A DNA stretch of 64,000 bases. Source: Octopus vulgaris. Its lineage: Eukaryota. Position 1 is the first letter of the stretch; every line of letters starts with the position of its first letter. A model generated the notes under the pieces. That model worked only from the letters and a program-made list of their open reading frames with translations. It was not told the origin of the DNA and did no database searches. Shown here piece by piece: positions 40,461 through 54,410 of this stretch. Location: assembly GCA_951406725.2 (NCBI GenBank), contig OX597840.1, positions 38,936,001 to 39,000,000 of the forward strand, read 5' to 3'. The position numbers and the translations under genes are program-made.

Positions 40461-41659
40461 TGAATGGGGAAATTCAAGTCACATCTGCTTCTACTCTTAC
40501 ATCTATGTCAGGAGAGAATCAGTACAAACTGATAATTGGTTGGGACAAATTGGTAGATATAAGGCTACTTAGAAACATCTGCATTCAGGTTGCGGCTCTG
40601 TTATAAAACTGTTAGTAGCAAAGATATATCAAAATGTAAAATTGTTCCGGTGCACCTGGGGGTTGGGGTGTTGAATACAAGACGGATCATGTGGTTTTGC
40701 GACTTTGCTTACGTCATTACCCGTAAAAAACCTAAATAAAACTGTCCTGAAAATATTGGGCAATTTCTAAATGAAACTGCTCTGATAAAAGCTTGCAAAT
40801 TTTGATCGTTTTCAGATTTCGGTATGGTCACTATTTTTTCTCAAATTCGAGCTTTTTTTAGTGCCTCAATGTAACGGTCACTGTTAACGGTGCCATGATT
40901 AGATAATTTTCATGTGTTCTCTTTAAAGTTCACTAAAAGAATAACGTAGAAGTCATTCGTTTCACAAATATAGGATGAGAAACATGTTTCATTTTAGAAA
41001 ATTACTATTTTAAAATCTCACAACGAGAGATATTCAGCAACAGTACTTTGAAGCAAAAATGTTTACCAACATTCGCGCTGAACGAAGGCTGCCATGTTAC
41101 GCTGGCAAATATCTTTACTCCTGGTTTTATTTTGGAAAGGATTCCTTTGAAGCAACTGAACGGCAAATTTCGAGATATGAAATACATAGGTTCTAAGTGA
41201 AAAACAAGCAATTTACATATTTGGCGAAGTTAATGAAGACACAAATAAATATGTATAGCAATAAATGCATCTAATTTTATTTCTCAAAGGTATGGACAGT
41301 GTTGCTAATAAGTTCGTTTCACAGAAAAAGTAAAGAATTCATTAAACGGAAATTGAGAACCAGTCAGCCATCTGTTCATACCAAATCGGTGGCAAATATC
41401 GCCAGAGAGAAACAGCAAAGGAGAGAAAGAGAGAAAGAGACACAAAGAAACGAGAGTAGAAGGATATTAATGGCATTAAAAACAATGAATTAATGAGAAA
41501 GCAATGTTTAATATTTATAATTTATTTATTTAAATATTTATGTGTGATATTTAGGAATTAGTTATATTTCTGTACATTTTGCAGAATATTGAACATCACA
41601 TGTGTATTAATAAACGTCAAAATAATGATAAATTACATACGAGCTACAGTATATACATA

Positions 41660-41693
<34 letters not shown>

Positions 41694-41695
<2 letters not shown>

Positions 41696-42030
41696 GTAAA
41701 TGTAATATGTGACAATTATTCGGTAGCCATGATAAAACTCCAAGTTTCGGATGACGAGGTGGAAATCCACGCCACCGTCTCTCCAATTATCCGGCCATCC
41801 AGAGTGTCGGATACCGGGGCTAAAATTCTGCTCCAGCATCTCATCAGTTTTTAGACAAAACGCTGTTTAATCTAAATAGCTGATGAGATGCCGGAGCAGA
41901 TTTCAGCTCTGGCATCCGAAACTCTGAGTTTTATTACGACAACCAACTATTTGACACATATATTTAAAGATAAATTCCCTTATTTTACATAATATCGATG
42001 TCTCATTCATTCTTTTCTTGTCAAGTTATT
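41694..42030. mobile_element. Palindromic element with three HHR-like folds
   Basis: Homologous to 23504-23836. Folds at about 41726-41795 (minus, decayed core), 41797-41855 (minus, CTGATGA..GACA) and 41875-41935 (plus). Confidence 0.8.
41875..41935 (+). ncRNA. Type I hammerhead ribozyme, intact core
   Basis: aatag CTGATGA gatgccggagc-agatttca-gctctggcatc-c GAAA ctctgag TT ttatt; 11-bp stem II, GUU site. Confidence 0.75.
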
Positions 42031-43051
42031 CTTAATAATATATATACATATCTATGTAGGTGTATATATGTGTGTATGTATGTAAGTATGTATATGTGCA
42101 TGTAAGCATGTGTATATGTATGCATGTATGTATGTATGCCCGCACGAATGTATATAAGCATGCATGTATTTGAATATATATATATGTATACATGCATGCA
42201 TATATGCAATTACGTATATATGTATATATGCATTATATATGTATGTATATATGTATGTATGCGTGTATAATGTATGTATACACTCTTGCATGTATGCATG
42301 TACGCATAAATCTATGCATGCAAATATATTCCGTCCCTGGATATCCGATACCATTTATTCCGCATATATTTCCTGACCAATCACACACACGGAAGTTTGT
42401 TGTACACACAATGGAACGGAATTAACAACAATGTTCGATATACACATGTATTTCTAAAGTGTGTATGCGCATGCGTATGTGCGTTAGTATGCACATTTAT
42501 TCATAAATACTTACACCCATCTATTCACAGAAATTTACAGATATATACATATATATATATATAACCATAGGTATACAGGTATGGCGCAATTCTATTCATC
42601 TTCACTGCATCTCTTATCTGGCAACACAGTAACATCAAAAATCCAATTAAATATTTGTACAGTGGTTAGTTTCTTTTGTATTACTATATTGTTAAGACGA
42701 TTGGTACAAAGATAACACGTTTAAAATTAATACAAGAATGTATAACTATTTTCTGTTTTTCGAAAACTTTCGATATATTCCTCTTGGCATAAATATACAT
42801 TAGAAATTTGAATTACTTGATCGACTATGAGATGCAAATTAACTTGGATTCGTATACTCTAGCATTAAAATACTATTCCCTCCTAATTTTATTAAATAAA
42901 TATACATATCATTTGCGTCAAACTTTTATGAAAGGAAGAAAGCAATTTCTCCTTTGAGGCGTACGTATTAGATATTATTATTATATCATACTTCCAGTGC
43001 CCTTCGACAAGAACTCATTTGAATTGCTGCATTGTATATATATATATATAT

Positions 43052-43090
<39 letters not shown>

Positions 43091-43449
43091 TAGATAGATA
43101 GATAGATAGACAGATAGATAGATAAATTGATAGATAGATATGTATATGCACACACACATGCGTGCGAGTGTTTTACGTGTGTGTGTGCGTGTGTGCATTT
43201 GGACGTATGTGTGTGTATATATATATGCGCGTGTGTGTTAGTGCGTGTGCATATATTTCTACGAGAGTGCGAATGTTTGCATATATAGTTATGCATATTC
43301 ATATATGCATATATAATTTCATATATATATACGTACACAGACACACACACACAAATATATACATATGGATCGACAGATAGATATATTCATCCACAGATCT
43401 ATATGCCTTGATGCAAACATAACTATATACATGACTATATGCATATATA

Positions 43450-43485
<36 letters not shown>

Positions 43486-44119
43486 TGTATGTATATGTAT
43501 ATAAGTATACACGTACACACAGGAACACACACACATGTATACACACCCATGCATTTACTTATGTATGCTGTTTTAATTCGAATATAATTTCATAATATCA
43601 TTTTTTTTTCTTTTTGCTTCCAGAAATGTTCTACGCATTCATCCAATTAAATTAATAATTAATGTAATTCTCTTATTGCCGGAATCTAGATCCATCCAGA
43701 GATTTAACCCCAAGGAGTTTACTTAGCGAAATATGGCTGGAATACATATCCTGGAAGGCGTTTCTGTCGAATCTAAATTAGTAATTCTATTAAAAGCTTC
43801 AACTGAATCTAAAGAATTGCTTCTTTTTTGTTACATCTCAAATAATTTCTGAATGTTTAGCTTTAATATATTATTTAGTTTTTAATTTATTTTCCTCATT
43901 TATATTGACATATTTATTTGGAAACACAAGGCAAATAAATTCATACCTTCTTATAAAATCATTGAGTACAATTCCAGTTCAGGGTATCTTCTTTCTAACT
44001 GTATTATTTTGTTCTAAATGTTTTAATATCACCACTAATACCGAGCGCACATTTGGTGAATATTGGCCTATTACGGGAGACATCATCCAAATATTAAAAA
44101 AAAACTGACCTCATTTTAT

Positions 44120-44441
44120 TTCTATTCCTAGTAGGTCTCTTGACCAGCGTTGAAACGGTAGCCAGTCACCTGGTATTTCTAGCAAATATATTGACTGCTC
44201 TTGAAACGGTGGCCAGTTAGCTGCTAATTCTTGCAATTCTATCAACCGCTCTTTAAAACGCTAGTCATTTGGCTGCTATTTCTTTTACATCTATTTACCA
44301 CCTTTAAACAGCTATTCATTATGTTACTATTTCTAGTTGTTCCATTCACCACATTTTAGGGCGGTACACATTTGCCTGCTATTTCTAGCACGTCTAATGA
44401 CCGCACTTTAAAAGACTAGTCATTTGGCTGCTATTTCTAGT
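44120..44441. repeat. Degenerate minisatellite, ~51-52-bp unit, ~6 copies
   Basis: (GG)CTGCTATTTCTAG-like motif recurs near 44176, 44228, 44278, 44329, 44381 and 44433. Confidence 0.7.
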
Positions 44442-44584
44442 AATTTTAAGGTGTATTATGATCATATTTTGATATGTATCTTGATTTAGAATCCAGAAAA
44501 TATTTATAATCCAGCGAAGCAAATACGGATTCATACGAATTATAGTCGGGTTGTTCATTCTAATGAAACCTTTCTCACGTTTGT

Positions 44585-44921
44585 TATTTCTTTATTGCCC
44601 ACAAGGGGCTAAACATAGAGGGGACAAACAAGGACAAAGGGATAACGTCTATTAAATTATCGATCCCGAAAAGAAAGGCAAAATCGACCTCAGCAGAATA
44701 TGAACTCAGAACTTAAAGACACGCAGAGGAGACAAACAAGGACAGACAAAAGGATTAAAACGATTACATCGACCCCAGTGCATAACTGGTACTTAGTTTA
44801 TCGACCCCGAAAGGATGAAAGGCAAAGTCGACCTCGGCGGAATTTGAACTCAGAACGTGGCGGCAGACGAAATACGGCTACGCATTTCGCCCGGCGTGCT
44901 AACGTTTCTGCCAGCTCGCCT
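44585..44921 (-). mobile_element. SINE family A
   Basis: Reverse-complement match with a second, deleted unit. Confidence 0.88.
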
Positions 44922-45940
44922 TTTTTGCCTGGATTATTTAACACTATCTACTCGTTCGTACTTATATATTCATGTATATGTGTGTGTGTGTCAGTGTGTT
45001 TGTGTGTCAGTGTTCACGCGTGATGCAATGTATGTTCTTAAATACCACTGTACCTCTTCAGAAAGTGTGATTGCTTACATACTTAAACGCTGATGTAATA
45101 CGATAAACCCCAATGTTTCTCATAATAGATGAAGCTACTTCGATCCTTAAGTGGCCGAGTCTCTGCCAACGAACAACTCTATTCCGTTACACAAATGGTT
45201 GGATATCATTTTGACGTAACACATTTGCGCAAAGTCAATAAATTCGAAAAACCTACGTCTGAATAGCAGAAGACATTTGTAAAAGCCATTAGATATACGT
45301 GGACGAAATGGCGAATACTTTACTTGCTCAGGTAATGTGACGAAATAATCTGAATCAGTGGTATGAGAAATGCCAGTGTAAAATATAATACAACAGAACG
45401 ATATGTGTATATGTTCGTGCGTGGACATAAATGTCAGCATGGTACCATATTTATTATCAAACAAATTGCCGCCACAAGGAACTGTATTGCAACGATTGGA
45501 ATCTGCTATGCAAGCGATGAAAATACTTGTCAATTATGTTATTCGAATTCTCCATATATCACCAAGGTAAGTGTAGGGCGCCGGGGGAGTCATCTGGGTG
45601 GTTGCTCGTGCGGCTAGAAATAACAACCGAATTACCCCTTAAATGTTTCACTTCAAAATGACGTGGGTTGTACTGAATTCTTAGTTCTGTTGCTCACAAC
45701 TTGATTACTCAACTCAAACACAATTTCAACAAACTTGAAAAGTTGTTCAGGTTGAATGAAATTTAGATTTGGCGACATGAAATATATTACCATTAATCAA
45801 ATGTCATCTACAATGTACAACTTTTGTGAAAATCCTCAGAATTAACTAAGAAATTGTTTGTAACGCATGCTCCATGGCTAACTAGTGTAATGGCTAAATA
45901 GGAAGATATTGCTTGTCACTATAAGTATGCATAAAATAAA

Positions 45941-46357
45941 GGCGGCGAGCTGGCAGAAACGTTAGCACGCCGGGCGAAATGCTTAGCCGTATTTTGTCTG
46001 CCGTTACGTTCTGAGTTCAAATTCCGCCGAGGTCGACTTTGCCTTTCATCCTTTCGGGGTCGATAAATTAAGTACCAGTTTCGCACTGGGGGTCGATATA
46101 ATCGACTTAATCCCTTTGTCTGTCCTTGTTTGTCCCCTCTATATTTAGCCCCTTGTGGGTAGTAAACAAATAGGTATTTTGTCTGCCGTTACGTTCTGAG
46201 TTCAAATTCCGCCGAGGTCGGCTTTGCCTTTCATACTTTCGGGGTTGATAAATTAAGTACCAGTTTCGCACAGGGGTCGATATAATAAACTTAATCCCTT
46301 TGTTTGTCCTTGTTTGTCCCCTCTATGTTTAGCCCCTTGTGGGCAATAAAGAAATAT
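45941..46357 (+). mobile_element. SINE family A, young two-unit copy with TSD
   Basis: Near-consensus sequence; TATAAGTATGCATAAAA occurs at about 45920 and again at about 46357. Confidence 0.92.
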
Positions 46358-46603
46358 ATAAGTATGCATAAAAATGCACCAACTTATAGAAATACACATT
46401 CGCAACTCTCTCTCTCTCCTTCTCACACCCCCACACACACATATATGCACATGCATAGACGCACACACCGAATGGGGTCATAAGGCAGACGTTGGATACA
46501 TAGACGCATTTAAAATTTACATCCAGCCGTAAGTAAATTCTCTCCATTGCCCCAGTTCACTCAGTTTTCGATGATGTGTATAGCCTGTTCTTAAAAGCAC
46601 CAG

Positions 46604-46730
46604 CCTCGTCATGTGAATTTCCCTCAGAATTACGTTTATCGGTAACCATGTCTGGAGTGCTCAACCACTTCCAGACTGTTCCCTTAATGGGGTCAGAAAG
46701 GACCCTTGACGTCGTAACCGACGAAGTGCC
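46604..46730 (+). mobile_element. Degenerate SINE family C 3' part
   Basis: GGAGTGCTCAACCACTT and GTCGTAACCGACGAAGTGCC. Confidence 0.6.
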
Positions 46731-47394
46731 AGTAAATATTTTTGTGCATGTATTCCTGTTCTGTGTGAGGTAGTATTTTATAGCAAAGAGGAGAAAGCGT
46801 ACTGCCGACTGGGTGTAGGTTTTTAATTAAATCCATTCTGCTGATACCTTGAAATGCTACCGCAGTTCCTAACTACGGCTTCATCCATAAAAACCATTAT
46901 TGATGAATAATTTAGAAGGAAAACTAGAACATTATAACACGAGATGGTATCATATCCCCGCTGTTTTATTGGATAATGCGTGTTATAGAATCTATTATGT
47001 GAAAGGAATAGAATGGGATTCCTTGTGTTTGAAAAATCAAATTCTATTTTATGTTTAAGCTGTATAATGTGTGAGGAATTTCTCAGTGGTTACTTCCCGC
47101 CTTTGTATCGGCTACCATGTATATCGTGGCTTGAATGTTTGACGCTTGTATTTCTGTGAGTCGTCATTAGTGAATGGCAGTCGTTCATGTGATGGTGCAT
47201 GGTCTAGCGGGTAAGGTACCACATACGCGTTCGCCAGTCATGGTTTCATTTCTCGTACCAGGTGGTGTTTTGTCTTCCCGAGTAAAGCAATTCTTTTCCC
47301 GTTGGTCTGTTGTTCCCTTCAAGACCTGACGGTTTGTACGCTTCGCAACTCATCCGACAACGTCGATTTCAGGAAATCGCACCAGGATTATTTA

Positions 47395-47782
47395 TCCTTT
47401 TCTGCTCTAGACACAAGGCGCGAAATTTGGGGGAGGGGGCCAGTCGATTAGATCGACTCCAGTACGCAACTGGTACTTAGTTTATCGACCCCGAAAGGAT
47501 GAAAGGCAAAGCCGACCTCGGTGAAATTTTAACTCAGAACGTAAAGACAGACGAAATACCTATTTCTTAACTACCCACAAGGGACTAAACATAGAGGGGA
47601 AAAACAAGGACAGACAAACGGATTAAGTCGATTACATTGACTCCAGTGCGTAACCGGTACTTAGATAATCGACCCCGAAAGGATGAAAGGCAAAGTCGGC
47701 ATCGGCGGAATTTGAACTCAGAACGTAAAGACAGACGAAATACCTATTATTTACTACCCACAAGGGGCTAAACACAGAGAGC
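47395..47782 (-). mobile_element. SINE family A tandem units
   Basis: Reverse-complement match. Confidence 0.85.
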
Positions 47783-48941
47783 GCTAATGTGCAGTACATA
47801 CATTTGATACCTACAAATAGATCCTTTGCGCAGGTTGTTAAGAAAGAAATTGCACTACCGTTTTTTCTCAGACTACGAGAGACCGCCATCTTGTCTTCTT
47901 ATTTGCGATATCCATGGCCAGCCCCAATATACACAGATATTCTTTACATTGCACAGATATTGTCTACATTGCATATAATGTACTTTATCTTCTGCAGTTT
48001 TTACTTGTTTTATTATTTTTCAACCATTATTACAATTTGCATTATAAGTTCATTCTAGAGCGTCACCTTCTTTTTTTCTTATTTGGAAAATTCTAAACAG
48101 TTTTATTATGACGGTTTTATTCCTAAAGTTGTTTGGCCGCATTTTATTTATGTCTTCTCATTTGTTCTATTTTCCTTAATCGATTTTTACTATTTCATCA
48201 CCATTTATTAGTTTCACATTTTCCTTCACTGGTTTCATTTATTTTCATTGTTAAATTCGCGCCGTTTCGATTAGGGAAGTATTATCGATTTCCGATGGAA
48301 AATTCAACAATTATTGTAATGTTTAACAAGTAAGGATATCAAGCAAAATATACAGGCAGACTTTGTATATTTTGTAATTTATACTTTGATAACCATCAAT
48401 TGACAAAATTTACTCATAAATTTTCTAACTTAACGATATACATTACCGCTTCAACACCTTCAACGTCACAATCTCATTAAGCTAGTTAAATAAATCAACA
48501 TAAGCATAAAAATACGAACAATCATATTAATAGTAAATACAAGAATTATTCATCACTCTATTAATAAATAATATTTTTAATTATCATAAGTATCCTTTAT
48601 AAGACTCCGTTCAGTATGAAGTCGCATATTTATCTACTATATTTATCTGTAATAGTAAAAGTATTAAATGTACGCCGATATACGTCGAGTTACATTTAGT
48701 AATGAGAACATACGATAGAGATATGCAATCAGTGGACTACGTACTGCAATGGTAATACTTATAGTTTCCATGAATATAGACACGAGATATAAGCATGTGA
48801 TTCAATTACGTTTGGAAACCGAGCCATTCTGGGTTTGGTGTATGTAGGCATAAATATAAGACGTCTTTTCATTCAGTGATGATTGGTCAAAGATTTGGTC
48901 ATGGAATTATAGTAAAGGTGTTTCTGTGTATACACATTTTA

Positions 48942-49148
48942 TACATACATACATACACACATGCATACATACATACATACATGAATACATACATACATAC
49001 ATACATACATACATACATACATGCATACATACATACATACATACATACATACATACATACATACATACATGCATACATACATACATACATACATACATAC
49101 ATACATACATGCATACATACATACATACATACATACATGCATACATAC
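48942..49148. repeat. (CATA)n microsatellite
   Basis: Direct sequence. Confidence 0.95.
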
Positions 49149-49267
49149 CGAAAAATCCCTCATTGATTCCTCCAATATTGCAGTATTGCCTGATGAAATG
49201 AATCAGTGATGATGAAAAACCGGATGCCCACGGATATACGGATTATACTGTACTAATCCCAAGGACA

Positions 49268-49693
49268 GAGGTGAAATGGCCCAGTGGTTAGAGCAGCGGA
49301 CTTGCGATCATAGGATCGCAGTTTTAATTCCCAGACCGGGTGTTGTGAGCGTTTATTGAGCGAAAACACCTTAAATTTCACGAAGCTCCGACACGGGGTG
49401 GTGGCGAACCCTGCTGTACTCTTTCACCACAATTTTCTCTCACTCTCTCTTTCTTCCTGTTTCTGTTTTGCCTGTATTTCAAAGGGCCAACCCTTCCACA
49501 CTCTGTGTCTTGCTGAATCTCCCCGAGAACTACGTTAAGGGTACACGTGTCTGAGGAGTGCTTAGCCATTTGCACGTTAATTTCACGAGCCGGCTGTTCC
49601 GTTGATATACTCAACTGGAACCCTTGTTGTCGTAGCCGACGGAGTGCCGACGGAGTGCCGACGGAGTGCCGACGGAGTGCCGACGGAGTGCCG
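49268..49693 (+). mobile_element. SINE family C, full length
   Basis: TGGCCCAGTGGTTAGAGC A-box, degenerate B-box, tail (CCGACGGAGTG)x5. Confidence 0.88.
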
Positions 49694-50089
49694 CGGTCGA
49701 ATTCCAAGGCTACCGGCTCTGGTGTCACAATCACATGATTCGTGGAAACGCGGTTTACGACTTATTAAGTATTTATAAATTCCAACCTAGAATTATTGTT
49801 ATCATTATAATTTATCCTTCATTATATTGGTATAACCATGATGCACCCCATTCGATGGTACACGGAATAATGAAGTAGAGCTGTATTTGTATAGCCATAA
49901 CTTCACCGTAAACGAATTTAAAAGACGTTTTATATATATGAGCCTATATATCCCATCTGTGTGTGTGTATTGAAGAGGTTAGCTTCAAAACTAGATGTAT
50001 GCATCGGAATGAATTTTGAGTAATTGTTTAAAACAACAAGTTGAATATATTTGATTTTAATTGGAAGACGAAGATTCGCCTACTGTCTC

Positions 50090-51250
50090 CATGGCATCTT
50101 TCCCAGTTTAACTGAAAAACAAAATTCAAGTCCATGAAGCCAGCATCTTGCAGATTGTGTTTTAATGGTTGTCATGAAATCGACCGAATATCCACTTACA
50201 CCGCTTTTGAATGCAATCTGCTCGTAGATGAAAATATCGGTGTATGTATATGTAGAGAGCACGATAAGTATTGAGGGCACAGATGGAAATTTAATGAAGC
50301 GACTCTTATCTAGCTTCAACCAAATGTATTTTCAAAAAAAAATATTCAGCATTTGTTTTAAATTAGTTTTCGTATAAGTTTATCGTATGAATCCGGTTTC
50401 TGCAACGATGACTGCTTTAATTCGCCGCCAGATCCGTTACCATGCCTGCAATAAATGAACTTTATTTATTCAGATATCTCCTGAACAATGGCTGATCTTA
50501 GTGATGCTATGGTATGAAGCTATGGTATTGTGAGTATGTCGTTTAGTCGCCATTGCAACAACGCTCCGAACGGGGAATTTCAATGGGATTAGAATCTAAC
50601 CACAAGTTTAGCTTTACGCATTCGTTAAGATTGTCTGACATCCTCTTTGGTGTACCTGAGCTTTCTAAGAACGTCCAGAAGGTTGCTGAGACACGCATGT
50701 CTAGTCTCTGTGACTTCGTCCATCCAGGACTAAGCAACGGTCTCTAGCGTCTCAATGTATCCAGACCTTCTGGAAAGAAGTGATGTGTCATGACATGAAA
50801 TATCGTTATTCACAACTCACAACTAATGCCATACAGTTGCCGAAAATTGTGCATCACAAGGGGGACATCAGAGAAGTCGGCACATAATAATAATTGTTGC
50901 TTTCATCATCTTTTGTCTTGATCGATGCTGTCCTCAGATTAAAACCTAATTATGCGGGTTCGTAACACCCCTGCCTCTTTGCAGATATGCATTGGCCTCA
51001 CATCAGTAGACACAACTCGTATGGAATGGCCCGGGGGCACCACAGTTCAAATTCTTGGCGTTCTATGAGGATGTCTCACGTTGTGTCCAGAGAATACCTA
51101 TTGATAATATCTTGATTCCGCCGTAAGAATTGTTGTGCCTTTATTTTGCCCCAACGTATATGACTTGCTCCAATGTTTTCTCCCCCTCTTTAATACATTT
51201 CAAACCTTGGCCGCCAGAGGCTCCCAATTTCATCTGAGTTTTGTGGACAA
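50090..51250 (-). mobile_element. Highly decayed LINE remnant (possible reverse-transcriptase region)
   Basis: Only patchy similarity (KTLEQVIYVGA; LESSGTPKRM) to RTE/L2-type ORF2. Confidence 0.3.
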
Positions 51251-51308
51251 ACGCTGTCGCAAAATTTAGTACGTTAGTAATTCCTCATTTGCTTTCTACT
51301 TCTGCATA

Positions 51309-51727
51309 TACTCTTTTACTCTTTTATTTGTTTCAGTCATTTGACTGTGGCCATGCTGGGGCACCGCCTTTGGAGGAGCAAATCGAACCCAGAACTTATT
51401 CTTTGTAAGCCTCGTACTTATTCTATCGGTCTTTTTTGCCGAAGCGCTAAGTATGGGGACGTAACCACACCAGCGTCGGTAGTGAAGCGTTGTTGGGGTA
51501 CAAACACAGACACACAAATATATACACAGACATACATATATATATATATATATATACATATATACGACGGGCTTCTTTCAATTTCCGTCTACCAAATCCA
51601 TTTACAAGTCTTTTGTCGGGCCGAGGCTATAGTAGCAGACACTTGCCCAAGGTGCCACGCAGTGGGACTGAACCCGGAACCATGTGGTTTGTAAGCAAGC
51701 TACTTACCACACAGCCACTCCTACGGC
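51309..51727 (-). mobile_element. SINE family B, full length
   Basis: Reverse complement of the 6317 family. Confidence 0.9.
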
Positions 51728-52664
51728 TATATAGCAACGATACCTTTTCATTTCTTGTTTTAGCATTTATCTGTTATGGAAGAGTCCAACGTAATAACAG
51801 TAGATGAAATAGTGCAAACAAAAAAAAATAAGAAATAAACCCTGAGCTTGCTATATTCCGCGAAAACAAGGCGTGAATACAATACCTTAACCTGGCCACA
51901 GTCCACAGTTTAAACTAGATTTTAAGCATGAAAAATCTATATCCTGTGATATAGATGACACAGATACGAGAGTAATGACACTTAACGATGTGTACCGAGA
52001 GGATTTCTCCAAACATATCATATATAAATTGATAAAAGTTTAAGAGAATACGAGCACAGACAAGGGAGATAAAAACAAAATTCGAAACATATGTCGCATG
52101 TTTATTTTTTCATTTCTTTTTCTTTTTCCGTGTTTATTTCTATGTTGTTGCTAAAATAGATGGTGATTTCTTGTTGACGCTCTTCATAATTTTGTGTAGA
52201 ATATTTTGTGACAGTTTTAATATATTTTACTCTGGTTTCTCTATAGTTCGTGTTGTTTAATATTGTCTTCGTTTATTTTCATATATTCTAAACGTTGTTT
52301 CTACTGTTCGTGTTTTTTTTGTGTATATATATATATATATATATATATCATTTTTCATTTATTTCGTCAATCTTATGAATAGGAAACATGTAGACGGTAA
52401 AAAATGTTTTTTTTAAAAAAAAACAGGAAAAAAATACCAAGACCGAAAAGAAAAAAAAACACAAAAATAGACACAAAAAATGTGAGGAAAAAAATGTTTA
52501 TTTCCAATCTTTAAATATTTACGACAGCAACTTTCTTCTTAACTCAGTAACGTTGCCAAAGACTGAGTGGAAACAGCAATACACACACACACGCACACAC
52601 ACACACACTTATATATATATATATATACACACATATATATACACACATATATATATACACACAC

Positions 52665-52741
<77 letters not shown>

Positions 52742-53946
52742 TATACACACATATACATATACATATATATATATATATATATACATAAATATATAAAATA
52801 TATGCGCACATATATTGCCACTGGCACTGACATATATACATACATGTATATGTGCGTGTGTGTATATATATATATATGTATGTATATATATGCATATATA
52901 TATACATATATATAAACATATATATAAACATATATGTAACTATATATATAAACATATAAACATATATATAAACAGATATGTAACTATATGCAAGTGTGTG
53001 TATGTACGCGCACGTTTGCCTCTGTGTGTGTGGGGGGCGTGTTGAGAGAGAGAAAGAGAGAGAGAGAGAGAAAGCGTGCGAAATATACACAGAGAGAGAG
53101 ACAGACCGCGAGTGACAGACAACTATAATAAAACAATAAAATTTAACAGAAAAAAAAAGCAGAGCGAAAAAAAAAAACAGAATGAATTGGTGAAAGAAAT
53201 AGGAAGACAGAAGCAAACAAAGAGAGGAAGAAAGAAATAATGGTATGATGGAAGCCTTCCTTGGTGAAGAAGCCGTAAATATATCAAGTAGAAGAAGAAG
53301 AAGAAGGAGAAAATATGTAAACAAGACGTGAATACGTTTTTCATTAGATTTTGGCGTTAAAAGTCAACAGTGAAACTAATATAACAATATCGTAAAGTTT
53401 TAAATAGAATGTGTAAGCGATATATGTAGTCGGAAGACGGGCTAGAAATAGAAGCCAAAATAACGTTAATGGATACACCTCTATGGCAAAAAAAATATAT
53501 CGAGGGCAGATGAGGAATGTATTTTTAAAAGCTGTATTTAAATATCCTGGATGGCCATGCCTAGAATACAGTATAACATAAATGTACTCTTTTATGAAAT
53601 TTAGGGCATTTGAATCGGTTATTTAGAACGGATTATTAAATCTGGAACCGCATTTGGATATTTCACTATAAATGGATAATATCAGCACTTTTATCTGAAA
53701 AGCCAGGGAATGTTCTTTATAGATGAAACGAGGAATGGAGAATTATCCAGTATAAAGGTGTTATGCGTTTAATATTCTGTCTCTGGAGTTTAGAGAAGCA
53801 GAAGATATCGAAAATTACTCTATTACTCCAGTTAACACCCAGGAGAGACACGTGAAACGGATATAAAGCTATTATAAATGGATAGGGAAAAATTCATTCA
53901 TAATAACAATGCGATATATACCTGCTAACTTACATACACTTACAAT

Positions 53947-54033
<87 letters not shown>

Positions 54034-54216
54034 ACATATGTATGTTTGCATGTATATATATGTATATGTATATATATATATATTTATATTATATAGAGGG
54101 TACTATTATTCATAGGTACCGCACGCTAGGAGGGACTTTTGCAGTCAAAACTACTAAAATAAACAAATTGTACCGAATGCAAAACTTCAAAGCAAGTCAT
54201 TTAGAAACAGAATTTA

Positions 54217-54280
54217 GTTACATATCACCTGTGATTTCGCAATCAATGCAGAATATGCATTCTATGCTCTTCAGTGCAAC
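54217..54280 (-). ncRNA. Type I hammerhead ribozyme, intact core
   Basis: gttgca CTGAAGA gca-tagaat-gcat-attctg-cattgat-tgc GAAA tcac-ag-gtga TA tgtaac; all stems form, AUA site. Confidence 0.88.
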
Positions 54281-54410
54281 GAACTCAAGACATAAGAAAA
54301 AACACAACATTACAAACCCGACAGCCAACCGTAGAATTCGCCGCAGCATGTACGAATGTTTATCTTTACATATCTATGAAAATGGCGGGCTTATTCGCAA
54401 TGCATTCCGG

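Noticed and set aside
49189-49230. CTGATGA...GAAA
   Set aside because: No stem I, II or III pairing
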